Assembly (NCBI GenBank): GCA_965112155.1
Contig: OZ218105.1
Reading direction: 5' to 3' (one strand)
Origin: Podarcis liolepis
Lineage: Eukaryota
Length of the DNA stretch: 64,000 nucleotides
Positions 25,301-39,042 of the stretch are shown piece after piece (the first letter of the stretch is position 1; each line of letters begins with the position of its first letter). The translations under genes were made by a program, and so were the position numbers. The notes below the pieces were generated by a model that did not search any database, was not told the origin of the DNA, and worked only from the letters and a program-made list of their open reading frames with translations.

Positions 25301-25572
25301 TGCCAGTTGTACTTCTGTGCCAAGGTGAAGATCCTACTTCTTTGATAGAGTGGCTATATTTTAGATTTGTCTGTATGTGACTGAAATTCTTAATATATAC
25401 ACACAGACAACACAGATATCTCTATTGCCTGTATTTAAAATACAGATTTGATTTAATATAAGATCCTCCAGTTGTTCAGATTCCGTACGTGTGATCTCTC
25501 TTTCTGCATTTTCTGTAATGAAGCGGTTGGATGGGAAAGTTGAATCTCTTACTAAATTGTTCAGCCTTGGTT

Positions 25573-25612
25573 GGTAAACAGCGACACCCAGAGTCCTAAA
25601 ACAATAACTTCA
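25573..25612 (-). promoter_or_regulatory. CSE / CTCF site of gammaA exon 5 (canonical CGCT box)
   Basis: Minus strand TGAAGTTATTGTTTTAGGACTCTGGGTGTCGCTGTTTACC, 273 bp upstream of the ATG. Confidence 0.88.
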
Positions 25613-26575
25613 TCTTCTTGGTGCTTTCTGAAATGCCATTTTCCTTAGTATGGTATATTTCTCATCCTGATACATCAGCTGCAAGTACAGTAGATGACCA
25701 GAGTGGTACAGTAGATGACCAGAAAAAAACTCCCACTCCATTTGTGTGACATTTTGTAGCAATCCAGGTTCATGATTGAATCACACTTCTGATCATGGAA
25801 ACTGATTGTTCTCTGCTTATAATCATTATCCTGCTATTGTAGGCTGTTACTCTCCACACAGTCTCTTGGAAGTTGCTAGACACTGTGACGATCTTGTCTG
25901 AAATATCATGAAATATGCTTCCCTGATATTTTCTGGTACTTTAATAAGCATTTTTTCTGTTCAGATCTTAAATAACATGGAATCCAGCTAGAAACTCACA
26001 TGTATATATGCATGCACGCATGTGATCATAAATCTTTTCTGTGCTATCTAGAATTTAAACCAACTCTCTTATAAAAATAGATAACTCTTAAATTATGGGA
26101 ATAAAATAATGATAAATTATGTTTCCAAAATATTTATTTTTAAAATGTTTATCCCACCCATGCCCCCAAATTTGCTCAGGGCAACTTTATCTCAAGAAAT
26201 ATAAGGATAAGGTAACAGGAAGGGTTGTGCCCATAACATACACATTCATATGCACATTCACTCAAGGCCGAATACATGGTACATTAAAATAGCATGTGTG
26301 GACCCTGTGACTTGGATCAGTGCCGTGATGCAGGGGGTACCCTAATCAGGCTCTCATTTCCCCCCAACATGTTGCTTTGGGTGATCTGCACTGAGGTTCT
26401 GGCACAGAGAAAAACATTAGACCCGTCCATTCTCATGTTGTGGCCCTGATCAAAATTAGAAAATCTTCGCAACTGCTTCTACAAAGAAGAAAATTATATT
26501 AGGATCGCCAAATGCAGAGCTCCTATGTAACAAGTAGTTTATCTCTCAGAAGATCCATTGCGTTCAAGCATAGGC

Positions 26576-26616
26576 GTGTGTGTATGTGTAGACACACACA
26601 CACACACACACACACA
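26576..26616. repeat. (GT)n/(CA)n microsatellite
   Basis: gtgtgtgtatgtgtaga followed by (CA)12. Confidence 0.9.
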
Positions 26617-28454
26617 GAATCCTGAATCCCAAGAATTGCTGAATCCTATTTTAAACAATAGTGTTTTTTTGATTGAAATGTTTACATGCAGTCTCAAACA
26701 GGGCAGAGCACTACAAATAAATACAAAAATGGATTTTAAAGGACTCCCAATAATTTTTTTATTATAGTTATATTTTGCCTTTCCTCCAGTGAGCTTACAT
26801 GGCCCCCACCCCTCTTTTCTCTTCACAGTACAAATGATGTTGGTTAGGTTGGATAGGTCAGTGACAGGCTCAAGTTCACCCGGTGAGCTTCATGGCTGAG
26901 TGAGGATTTTAACCTATCTCTCCCCAATCCTTTCATCTCCAAACTTTCAGAACTTTGTGGGAGGGATTCAAGCACACAATTAAACTCAACTGAAGTGCTC
27001 TGATGCCATTGCACAACAAATCTGTTTGTAAAAAAAATGGGACTTTTTGTGGTTAGGCAAGTGCTAGGGAAATGCACTGGAAAGAGTGAGGTGGATGAAT
27101 GATTCACGGGAAGATGTATAAATGCTGCAGAAACAAATCAGGATCCATGCTCATTGTCACAGAACCTCCCTGCAAACAAATCAGAACAAGTGTGCAATAA
27201 AGATACTGTATAGTCTAACCTCCCCAGTAAGCTTTGTGCAAGGAAATCAGGATGACTTCTCAATAAACAGGTTGTCTCAAGGGGCCCCTAGTCCAACAGT
27301 CAAACAGCTACACCACAAGAACTTTCTTTCTATAAGCACTACATTTCTAGAAGCTTCATCTGACATCAAGCATGTCTGTAGGAATGTGATTCTGTCAAGT
27401 GTTTAGGGGGAAAAACATTTTATCTTATACTGTGTTGTGATGCTAAGCATGACATGAATTATCCAATTCTGATTTTGTCACCTAAAACTGCATCAAGTAT
27501 TCTCAAATTCTCTGCTTCTCTGAAATCTTTATCATCTCTTTCTTTCTAAACTGGTTTGAAAACTGATTCTTTTTTCCTTTTTTTAAAAAAAAAATCATAA
27601 AAGTGTAGAATTATAGCAAATGATTCGAAATGAGTGACCAAACTAATTCAAAAATATGGAGAAAATTACCACCACCCTATCTCTGAAATAAGTTAAGAAA
27701 AAAGCTTTGCAGAATGTTTGGAATATGCATCCACCTTCATCCAGCAACAAAGTATCCACACACAGATAACTGGATCTGAACCTGAATGCCCACCCTAGCT
27801 TGTCAGGGCTAAGTTAGTTTTTGCCTCTTTCCTCACCTGATCATTTTGTTTGGGTAGGAAGTTATTTGGTTAATGTGTGGAATCTTCAAATATTAGATTC
27901 CTCCATCCAAAATCTTAAATGGCACAGCCCAACATCACAGAAGGGTGCTGATTGTTTCAATTCTAAGTTGAGGATTGGGAATTTGGGCAGGTACAAGCTA
28001 TTAGAACAAATGAAAACTGAAGACATTGCTAATTATCTATTAGGTGCATAAATAATTCCTCTAGTATTCACTGCAATTAAAGGTGAAAGAATATTGCCGT
28101 ATCAAATGGCAGACATTATAAAGCACCCCAATTTTCATTGCATACAGGGGTGCTATGAAATGATATCATAAGATGTGAACTAAGTGGGTGGGATCCAAAA
28201 TTATTTATCACTTCCTCTTCCTTCCTCCTTCTCCACTCCCGTCACTTCCAGACTGTGACATATATGCACATTTATCCGCCTTATTAAGTATCCATATAGA
28301 TGGTAATATGTAGATCTGTAAATAAGTAACTACAGAGCACGTCTATAACGACAGTAGGATTAGTCAGAATTAATATAGATAAAATGATTGCTTCATTAAT
28401 GTTGAAGCAACTAGAAAAACAAGGACTATTTAGCATCTGTTATAAAAGAAATTA

Positions 28455-28713
28455 CCGTATTTTTCGCTCTATAAGATGCACCAGACCACAAGACACACCT
28501 AGTTTTTGGAGGAGGAAAACAAGAAAAAAAATATTCTGAATCTCAGAAGCCAGAACAGCAAGAGGGATCGCTGCGCAGTGAAAGCAGAAATCCCTCTTGC
28601 TCTTCCAGCTTCTGTGATAGCTGCGCAGCCTGCATTCGCGCCATAAGACGCACACACATTTCCCCTTACTTTTTAGGAGGGAAAAAGTGAGTCTTATAGA
28701 GCAAAAAATATGG
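28455..28713. mobile_element. Tc2/pogo-like MITE, family 3, second copy
   Basis: TIRs CCGTATTTTTCGCTCTATAAGA / TCTTATAGAGCAAAAAATATGG with TA flanks. Confidence 0.85.
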
Positions 28714-28856
28714 TATATTTCTTTTCCTCAAACTGTACATCATTATGAATCTATTGGAAGATACATCCACTATCTACAATATAGTTCTTCATATATAGAC
28801 ACAGTTTAAAAGTAGTGCAGGAGATAATGTGAATAATATCTAGAATGAAAACTCAC

Positions 28857-31316
28857 CATGTTTGCATTATCCATCTCAGAATTAAAATGGTTTTCTCTGC
28901 TGCCTGTAAAAGGTGGAGCAGTTTTGTCATCACAGATAACATTGTCTGCAATCTGAACGTTAGGTGTCAGGAATGCAAACTCATTTTTCCTGGTCTCTGA
29001 GGACAGACAGAGCTGGTAGGTGTAGGGCAAAGTCCCTTCTTCAAAATTCGGTGGGAATACGGTACCAGCCTTTGAAAAAGGAGTAGGACCAAAGCACTGA
29101 AGGAACTGAGGACTGCTTGATGTGCGAAGCTTCGTAACAACTGCCAGAATCACCGTAAGGAGAAATAAGAATGAAATCACAGCTAAAGTCAATACTAAAT
29201 AAAACTGTAGGTCAGATTGATTATGTGAATCAATACTTTCACTGCTCACTTCTGGGAGTGCCTCTTGGAAGTTCTCAGCAAACACCAGGTTGAGACTCAC
29301 AGTAGCAGATAGTGGTGGCTGCCCATTATCCTTGACTAAGATGATGAGCTTCTGCTTCACAGCATCTCTTTCCAGAAAAGCCCGTGAGGTCCTGATCTCC
29401 CCAGTGTGGGACCCAATTCTGAACAATGCTGGCTCTGTAGCCTGAAGCAGGTGGTAAGAGAGCCAGGCGTTATGTCCAGAATCAGCATCTACTGCCACTA
29501 CCTTGGTCACCAGATAATCTTCTTCTGCTGAGCGAGGCACCATCTCAAACAAGGATGAACCCTTGACTTCCTGCGAAGGGTAGAGGATTTGAGGATTGTT
29601 ATCATTCTGATCCACAATGAACACTTTCACTGTGGTGTTTCTGCTGAGTGGTGGGGAGCCACCATCTTGTGCTTTCACTTGGAACTGAAACTCCCTGATT
29701 TGCTCATAGTCAAAGGAGCGTTGGGCATAGATCATGCCATTTTCTGAGTTAATGGAGATATAAGAGGACAGAGGCAGGTTCTCCATATTACTATTGAGCA
29801 GAGAATAAGTGATTTGCGAGTTGTACTCTAGATCTGCATCTGTAGCCTTTACACGGAAAATGGAAGTTCCAGCTGGATTGTTCTCTGACAAATAGGTGAC
29901 ATAGGAAGATTTTTCAAAAGCTGGGGGGTTATCATTGATATCTGAAATCTGCAGGGAGATGGTTCTGTGGGTGGAAAGAGGTGGTGCACCTTTGTCTGTG
30001 GCTATAATTGTGATATTGTATTCTGGAGTGCTTTCTCTGTCCAAGGGTGCATCTGTAACCAACTTATAGAAGTTATTGGATGTAGCAATTATTCTAAATT
30101 GCCAATGACTTTGTAAATGACAAGTAATGTTCCCATTGTCTCCAGAATCTTTATCGTTTACATTGATAAGGGCTACCAGGGTTCCTATTGCAGAATCTTC
30201 AGGAATTGGGCTGGATAAGGAAGCCAGGATCACTTCTGGGGCATTGTCATTCTCATCTAATAGCTTTATTTCAACACTGCAATGAGTCACTAATCCACCT
30301 CCGTCTCTTGCTTCTACTGTCATTGCATATTTCTCTGCTTCTTCGTAGTCCAACAACTCCTTAACTGTAATTGTCCCATTCTGGGGATTTAGGAAGAATT
30401 TTTTGTGAGTGTTTTCAGGGATGTTGCTAAAACTATACGTGATATGACCATATGAGCCTTCATCTCTGTCTGTGGCTTTCACTTGTATTACTGAAGATCC
30501 TTTTGGGGTATTCTCTTTAAGACAGACCTTGTACACTTCTTGTGAGAAGATTGGTGAATTATCATTTACATCAATGACACTGATCCATATTGTGGCTGTA
30601 CCAGTTTTGGCAGGCTTCCCTCCATCCAGAGCCATAAGAATTAAATGGAAACTGCTTTCACTTTCTCGATCCAACTGTTTGTTCAGTACTAATTCTGCAT
30701 ATTTCTTCCTATCTTCTCTCTCTCTAGCTTCTACTATGAAATACTGATTGGGCATCAGGTGGTAATTCTGGAGAGAATTTATTCCAACATCTGGATCTTC
30801 AGCAAACCCAAGCACAAATCGGGCTCCTGGCAAAGTGAGTTCACTTGTCTCTAGTTTGATATTCTCATTCACAAAATGTGGTGCGTTATCATTGATATCC
30901 TGGATCTGTACAGTAACATGAAAAATATTCATAGGATTTTCAACCATCACTTCAAAACTAATGAGGCAATATGCATTGCTCCCACATATTCCTTCTCTGT
31001 CTATCCTGTCATTTACATATAGATTCCCATTTTCTGCACTGAGAGAGAAATATTGCTTTTTACCTAGGGAAAGGATATGCAGATTGCGATTTGCTATTTC
31101 TCCAGCATTCAGCTCCAAATCTTTGGCAAGATTTCCTACAATGGAGCCTTTTTCCATTTCCTCAGCGAAAGAATACTGAACGTGCTCTGAGGCAGCCTGG
31201 CACAACAAGGACAATAACAAGAGGAGTGGTACTTGCCTTTTTACCGACCCATTTTTCTCTTTGTGCCTGTTGTCCATCTGATTTGGTGAGACAATTGCTT
31301 TATTCTTTTCTTGCAT
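28857..31316 (-). CDS. PCDHGB: Protocadherin gamma B-like variable exon 6 (820 codons; alternative ATG at 31277)
   Basis: ORF 28806-31316 with six EC repeats, TM and PPNFEEGTLPYTY. Donor ATG|GTGAGT at 28857. Confidence 0.93.
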
Positions 31317-31552
31317 ATTTTCATTAGATGGAGATTCTCAAGTTCCCATCAAGACCCACAAATCCACAACAAGGAAGTATAAAAGCAGTCACTGTCCCTT
31401 TCTATACGTTGCAGTGGGTTTTATTTCCTTAGCAAAAGTGTTTTAACGTCCCTGTGTTCTACTATCTCCCAGTCCTGCAGTCTGTGGCTAAACAACAGCA
31501 CTGCAGGAAGCATCGCTTAGCAGATTCCATGCAGCACCATGAGAACTGCATT

Positions 31553-31592
31553 AGCCAACAGCGACACTCTGAGTCTGAGATGGAGAACTTCA
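31553..31592 (-). promoter_or_regulatory. CSE / CTCF site of exon 6 (canonical CGCT box)
   Basis: Plus strand agccaacagcgacactctgagtctgagatggagaacttca. Confidence 0.88.
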
Positions 31593-32636
31593 TGTGCTGT
31601 TTCCCCCCTTCCTCTAGTGCTTAGATGTAGAATACAAGAGCAATCTATTTTCAAATGCAGTATGAGAAGGTTTTCTTGATTTGTAACTACTTTTTGGTGT
31701 TTTGCTTTTACAGTAGCAGGAAATGGAAATATATTTCAAGTGCTTTAGAGATGCAACAACCTCCCCATCCCTCAAATTTTCCATTTTCCCTCTGTACTTC
31801 CACAGATAACTGATGGAAGAGATTGTTATCACTCAACAACATTTTGTAGCCAATTAATGCAACTTCTATGTCCAGCTCTCCTCTGTAAAACAATACATTT
31901 AATAAAATCCAGCGATATTACTATTTTTAAGGAAAATGTGAGCAACTAACAGAACAATCCTATGGAGGTTGGATAGGCAGCAGGGATGGCAGAGATAACT
32001 GTAGCAGAGGAACCAAGTGATGAATAGGGCATAAGATATGAGGTGGCTTCTTTACTCTCCCCATTTTCTTTCTTGTAAAAAATAATAATGGTTCCACAGG
32101 GAACCATCCTTGAGTAGGTCTGGGAAACAAGGGAATCTAAAGCCTCCCTGGAGACCCCCTTCTTGCCTTTTCCACCCATAGAGCACTGCCTGCAATACAG
32201 CCATGGCAACGGAGTGTTCTGTCACTGGTCAAGGAATGACCTCTCCAGTGGAGCTTCCTCTCTGCTGTTAGATAACCTCCTCTGCTCAAAGACAAAGGTC
32301 TGCAGAATCCCAGGTCCCCTGGGACCACTTACAACAGAGGACTAAAAAAGTCCTTGCTACTTACTCCAAACTCTTCTCTAAACGCTTGCACAAACACTTG
32401 TGAAACCGCACTGGTGGTTATTTTTCTAATTCATTTTATGCATGCCACTTACAGGGTACAAAATACAGAGAGAGGAATAAAACAGAGACCTTTAAAAATA
32501 GTTAACTTTGTCATCATTTGTCACTAAAATGTTGGCCTGGGTTTAAGGTGAATGCATAATGACATGCATGAGTGCTAAATAACAGTTTGGCCAAAGTTTG
32601 AACTGTTTGTCAATGTATCCTCAAATACTATTGTAA

Positions 32637-32748
32637 CATAGAATCATAGAATCATCTAGTCCAATCCCCTGCAATGCAGGAATATGCAGCTGTCCCATAC
32701 AGGAATAGAACCTACATCAGCATCATACTCTAACCAACTGAGCTATCC
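32637..32748 (-). mobile_element. tRNA-derived SINE with CR1-type tail (internally deleted)
   Basis: Minus strand GGATAGCTCAGTTGGTTAGAG (A box), GGTTCTATTCC (B-box-like), then GGACTAGATGATTCTATGATTCTATG. Confidence 0.7.
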
Positions 32749-33619
32749 AGGCTGACAATACTGCAGTACTATTAACATTTATATTCTAGCTGCACAGTTC
32801 TAGGAACATAGCTGAAATAGTTATGTAACTTCATTTAAAATACTGAAAGCAGCAGAAAGACCTCAGCACCAGATCATAACCATTGCCACCTGATTCATGG
32901 GAGTGAGTGTGCCATGAGAATTGGACTCTAGTTGGATTCACAGTCTGAGACCTCTACATATACAAAACTTGTTTTTGTATGAGTTTTGGAGACCCACCTT
33001 GCCCGCCCATCTCATTCATCAGTCACTCTATCCTTGCAGGTTGCTCTTCCTGGCCCAGGCAAACTGACTGTCAGTAAGCATTCCGAGTGTCTGTGCCAGA
33101 TGGTGTTTGCAGTGTTGAATGCTCTAGAAAAGACCCTCCTTTAACCACACCATGCATCTTGACACTTGACATGCCCATAGTGCTGTCCTCATACAGATAT
33201 GGTCCCCAGATAATATTGCTCCTGGCAAAGATCCATGGAAGCCTCTATGTCCTACCTTCAGTTTGAACAAACAGAGAGCTGGATCACTCCAGAAATGAAC
33301 AGCTCAGTACAATGTTGAAACTTGCATATGTGTGATCACAGAAGTGTGAATATAAATGATAAAATTATATGAATATACAAGATGACAGGTACAGAATTTT
33401 GTTATAATTCACATTTTAAGGCACTTATTTTCCAGGCTCCAGAAACTATGCATGGATACATATTCGTGGATTCAAAAGTTTGATAGAGTAACATGGTAAT
33501 TAAGCACATGTAAAAATGTGTTTATTACCATTCATCTTTAATCATTCCATTCCCGACCCCTTGTGCACGTCAGACGATTTGCTCCTTGGAGGAAGAGATT
33601 TGTCTATTTCTTGCTTATT

Positions 33620-34060
33620 TATCTACTTGATTTATACACTACTCTTCAAGCCACAGGTTTACAATCAGATCAAATAAAATAAAATAAAATACAATCAATA
33701 TATAAAATCCATAGACTAGCACAAATTTTTAAATGGAAAACACGGCAACTCATAACAATTCAACTAAGTAGCAATTTCAACAGCAACAGCAACAGCAAAC
33801 TAAAAACTTTTTTTCTAATCAAGTCTCTCCTTCTCCAAACATCACCTGAAAAAAGTTTGCCTTAACTAGCCACCTAAAATTATATTGATATGGGACTAGA
33901 TGCACCTTAGAAGGGAGGGAGTTTCACATGTGAGGAGCCACCACTGACACTGCCCTCCCCTGGGCCTTGCACCATCCTGTTTAGGGACCACCAAGAGGGC
34001 CTCATCTGCTAAAGCATGGGCAGACTGATATGGAAGAAAGTGGTTTTGCAGATATTGGGC
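33620..34060 (-). mobile_element. Degraded L2 LINE 3' end
   Basis: Minus translation ADEALLVVP followed by a frameshifted SVVAPxxWNSLP-like segment. (AAAAT)n tail region near 33670-33690. Confidence 0.45.
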
Positions 34061-35660
34061 ATCTCTGTAGAGTACCATGTACCCTGATGGTGAATCAACA
34101 ACAATTCTATGCAGATCACATACTTCGTCAAAGCACTCTCATCTATGCATTGGTCTCCAGGTGGCATCACATGATAAAGGAAGCAGTAAGAGAGGAACTG
34201 CGATTTATTTCACCCTTCATTTGTCCTTTCTAGTCTAATGCGCCAAGGGAGGGACGTATGAATGTCTTCTGAATGCATGAGCTCTAAAGGCATCTGATTC
34301 TGAAACATATCCAACTAACCACAAAACTTAAGAATGTTTGCAAATTGTTCGTAAATAGTATAACACAAGACATCAGTTTCACCAATGAGTGCTGGAGGAC
34401 ATCTGCAAAAAGTCTCTAAGCATAAAAATATTGATAAGCCAAAGGTTTACAGCCTAAGGGAGTTTGGCGCATGCATCTGAGAAAGCATGCATTGTAGCTT
34501 TCTTTGACTAGAAGGGAATATTAACACGTTGAATTGTATTGCAACCTGGACTGTTCCATTTTAACATCTATAGTTAGAACAATCGTTCAAAGGCCATTTT
34601 ATGTGTCCTCTTCATAATTTTAACATCATTAACAGCATGATCCAAATGAATGTTTACCTGGAGTTAACCCGAGGGACTTACTCCTGGGAGGGTATGTACA
34701 GAATTGGAGCCTTGGGGTGCTTCCAGGTGGAGGTTTAATATTACAAATGGTTCACTGAGATATTGCAAATGGGTCACTGTCAACATTTTTCTTAAAATGT
34801 ATTTTTATTAAAGATTTTCTTGGTTTACACATTGTCAACATTTTAAAAAAAATAATTGGATTGTCCGTGGCAACAGTTAAATGTGGCCTGGTGCTGGGAC
34901 TGTTGGCTATACCCTCACCACTGTATAGCCAGCAAGGTTACCAACAGCCTTATTACTGGGATTCTCAGCAGTCTACTGAGAAAAGCAGTTGGTAACCTTT
35001 ACCATAGCGAGGAAGGAACACAAAACAGCAAAGTGGGAGAGAAGTAATATCAGGGCTGTGAGTGACACAACTTCAAAGTTCTGGAAAGCAGTGAGGATGG
35101 AGAGAGAGGAGGTAGAGGAGGCTTAATATGTAAATAGGCTGGAAGGGGGAAACAACACTATTTAAGCTTGTGGGTTTTAGAAAGGAGAAGAGTCATTGTC
35201 TTTCTACAGAAAGGAATAAAGAACTCTAAATCAGAGATTGAAACACGGAGTACAGAAGAAACCTGAAAATCACTGATCACATCTTAAAGGGGGAAAATGC
35301 AACACATGAGCTTTTCTCTTATTAAAAAGAACTTGCCAAACTACTGAATTTCATAACTACTTGAGACACATTGCACTTTACTAACAAAAAAGGTGAAGGC
35401 TAGTGAAAAGTTGAAAGCCACAAGGTAAGTGGTAAGTTATCATGATATAAAAGAGACATAACACAGTGTTAGGTGTGCCTATTTTTCAGGAAAGTGTCCA
35501 TAATTGCTGACAGATGAGACTTGAGTCACAGATATGTCAGACTGAAATCTCAGTAAGTGACTGCAAAAAGGCCCACTTAAGTCAGAGGGGCCCATATATG
35601 CATAAATATGCACAATACAATAAAAATGTTTATGAGATGTGCAATGAAAATAATTTTTAC

Positions 35661-38081
35661 CTTGTCAATATTCTCCATCTCAGGATGTAAATTGTTTCCT
35701 TCATTGCCTGTAAAAGGAACACTAGGTTTCTCGCTGCTAACAATATTGTCTACCATCTGAACATTGGGTGTCAGGAAGGCAAACTCATTCTTCCTGGTCT
35801 CAGAAGACAGACACAGCTGGTAGGAATAGGGCAAAGTCCCATCTTCAAAGTTGGGTGGGAAGATGGCACCATTCTTGGAATGGGGAACAGGACCAAAGCA
35901 CTGTAGGAACCTGGGATGCCCTGATTGACGGAGCTTCATTGTAACGGCCAGAATCACAGTCAAGAGGAACAAGAAGGAGATCACAGCTAAGGCCAGCACC
36001 AAGTAGAACTGCAGGTCAGACTGATACTCCGAGCTGCTGGGTTGGCTCTTCATTTCCGGAAGGGCCTCCTGAAAGTTCTCAGCAAACACCAGGTTCAGAG
36101 TCATGGTGGCCGAGAGAGATGGCTGCCCGTTATCCTTCACCATAATGACCAGTCTCTGTTTCACAGCGTCTCTCTCCACAAAGGCCCTGGCGGTCCTGAT
36201 CTCTCCAGTATGAGAACCAACCATGAAGAGTGCCGGCTCAGTGGCCTGAGTCAGGTGGTAGGAGAGCCAGGCATTGTGTCCAGAATCTGCATCCACGGCC
36301 ACCACCTTGGTGACAAGATAATCTGCCTCGGCCGAACGAGGCACCATCTCAAACAAGGCTGAGCCCTTGGCTTCTTGTGAGGGGGACAGGATACGAGGGC
36401 TGTTATCATTCCTGTCAAGAACAAACACCCTGACGGTCACATTGCTGCTGAGAGGGGGAGAACCCCCATCTTGGGCCTTCACTTGTAGCCAGAACTCTCT
36501 GAATTGTTCATAGTCAAAGGATCTCTGGGCATAGATGGTGCCAGTCTCAGAATTAATGGAGATATAGGAGGAGATGGGAAGCTCCTCGATGTTGCTGTTG
36601 AGGATGGAGTATGTGATCCGTGAGTTCTGATCCATATCGGGATCAGAAGCTTTGATGGTGAAAATGGAGGCACCTGAAGGATTGTTTTCTGGCACATAGA
36701 TAGCATACAAAGATTTCTCAAAGGAAGGGGCATTATCATTGATATCAGATATCTGTAGTAAGATGACTTTATGGGTGTTCAGTGGGGGAGTTCCATTGTC
36801 AGTGGCTGTGATTGTAATATTATATGCAGGAGTTTTTTCTCTGTCCAAAGGGCTGTCTGTCAGGAGTTTGAAGTAATTGTTAGACGAGGGAACAATCTTG
36901 AAGGGCTGATCGTTTTTCAAATAACAACTAACCTTTCCATTCTCACCAGTGTCTTTGTCTTTTACATTGATCAGAGCAATTAAGGTTCCAGACACAGAAT
37001 CTTCTGGGACTGGACTAAATAAGGAAACCAGAGTTACCTCTGGGAAATTGTCATTCTCATCAATAATCTGTATTTCTACTTTACAGTGTGTTACTAATCC
37101 ACCTCCATCTTTTGCCGCAACTGTCATAGTATATTCTCTGGTTTCCTCAAAGTCTAATGGGCTCATAAGAGTGATTGTGCCATTACTAGAATGCAAGTTG
37201 AATTTCCCCTGAGCACTTTTTTGGATGTTGCTGAAATGGTAACTGATTTTGGCATTTGTACCTTCATCTTTATCAGAGGCTAAAATCTGGAGCACAAGGG
37301 AGCCAACAGGAGCATTTTCCTTCAGACTGACCTTGTAAACCTCTTGGGTGAAGATAGGTGGGTTGTCATTGGCATCTGTGACATTAATCCATATCTGGGC
37401 AGTTCCAGTCTTCCTAGGTTCACCCCCATCCAAGGCTGTGAGGATCAAGTGAATGGTCTGTTCACTTTCCCGATCTAGTGGTTTCTGAAGCACCAAGTCT
37501 GCAAATTTATTTCCATCCTGACTCTCTTTAACATCAAGGCTGAAATATGGATTGGGGCTGAGATGGTAATTCTGAAGAGAATTTGTCCCAATGTCAGGAT
37601 CTTCAGCTTCTCCGAGGAGAAATCGTGTGCCTGGTACAGTAAATTCACTTGTCTCCAAGTTGATTTTTCCATTGAAAAACTGTGGTGCATTATCATTAAT
37701 GTCCTGGATTGCTATTGTTATGTGGAAAATATTCAAGGGGCTTTCAATTACCATCTCAAAATTAATAAAGCAAAGCGGATTTTTGCCACATATTCCCTCC
37801 CGGTCTATCCTGTCATTTACATAGAGGTTTCCATTCTCTGCATTCATAGTGAAATATTTCATTTCATCCACTGAGACAGCATGCATGTTGCGATTCCCTA
37901 GTTCTTTGGCATTTAGTCCTAAATCCTTGGCAATATTCCCCACAACTGAACCCTTAGCCATTTCCTCAGGAACTGAATAATGAATCTGCTCTGAAGCAGC
38001 CCAGCAGGAGGGCAAGAATATTAAGAGAAGCTGTACTTGCCTTGTGAGTGCCCTGACATTCTTCTTGTGTCTTCTCTCCAT
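35661..38081 (-). CDS. PCDHGB: Protocadherin gamma B-like variable exon 7 (807 codons)
   Basis: ORF 35577-38081. Donor AAG|GTAAAA at 35661 gives the same 2421-bp exon length as its paralogs. Confidence 0.93.
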
Positions 38082-38326
38082 TTGGCTCTGTGAAAAATCA
38101 GCTGTTTCCTTTTTTAAAGAACCAGATCAAATTTTCACCAGTATGCACTAAGTCTCCATAAAAAAGAATAAACCGTCTTTCTCTTTAATTTGTAAAAATC
38201 ATGTTTGTATTTTCTTTATGTCAGCAGCAATGCTTTCTCTCTGTTCCCTGATCTGCACAGCACTAAAGAAGTAAGCTCACTGTAGAAAGGACCAGTGGAT
38301 TTCCATCACTGTATGGCTACTAGATT

Positions 38327-38366
38327 GGCCAACAGCGGCACTGTGAGGTTCAGCAGGAGAACTGCA
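38327..38366 (-). promoter_or_regulatory. CSE / CTCF site of exon 7 (canonical CGCT box)
   Basis: Plus strand ggccaacagcggcactgtgaggttcagcaggagaactgca, 246 bp upstream of the ATG. Confidence 0.88.
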
Positions 38367-38977
38367 AGGGATGCTTTCAACCTTTCAATTTAAGAGACAA
38401 TGCAACGTGGACATAATTAAAGTTTTATACATTAGGAAAAACATGCAACTTGAAGTTTACACAGGAGCTATTTCTACTGAATTTTGATTTGAGCTGAATA
38501 TTTGGGAATCTTTGTTTTGGAATCAATAACACTTCAAACCTTTCTATTTGCCTGGGTAAATGGCTTGCAATGTAGCAAAGGATTCTTTTCTTGGTATCTT
38601 GGAAATAATATTATCAAAGTTACAATCCTGAGCGCCAGAATCTCAACAGTCTCAACATTGTCATCTCAGGTTATATATATATAATCTCCTGTTTCCACTT
38701 AAAACAAATCTTGGGAAGTTTACTATATTTCCATGATAATGTCAAAACATAAAAACAATTTTCCCCCAACCACAGATCTCTTGCAGAACTTTCCCACTCC
38801 TTCCTTAGGAGAAAGGCTTGACGAGAGAGGGAGAAGAATTCTCCAAAGGGACTCCAAAGATGTCCCATCCCAGCCAATGAAGGGAATCTCTGTGCAGCTG
38901 GCAGCACTTGTGCTCTCCCACTCTTTCTGAAGATATTACAGGCATGATTGGTCCCTGCTGGGGCTATGTAGGATCAA

Positions 38978-39037
<60 letters not shown>

Positions 39038-39042
39038 TATTA
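38978..39042. repeat. (TAT)n microsatellite
   Basis: About 21 units, directly visible. Confidence 0.97.
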
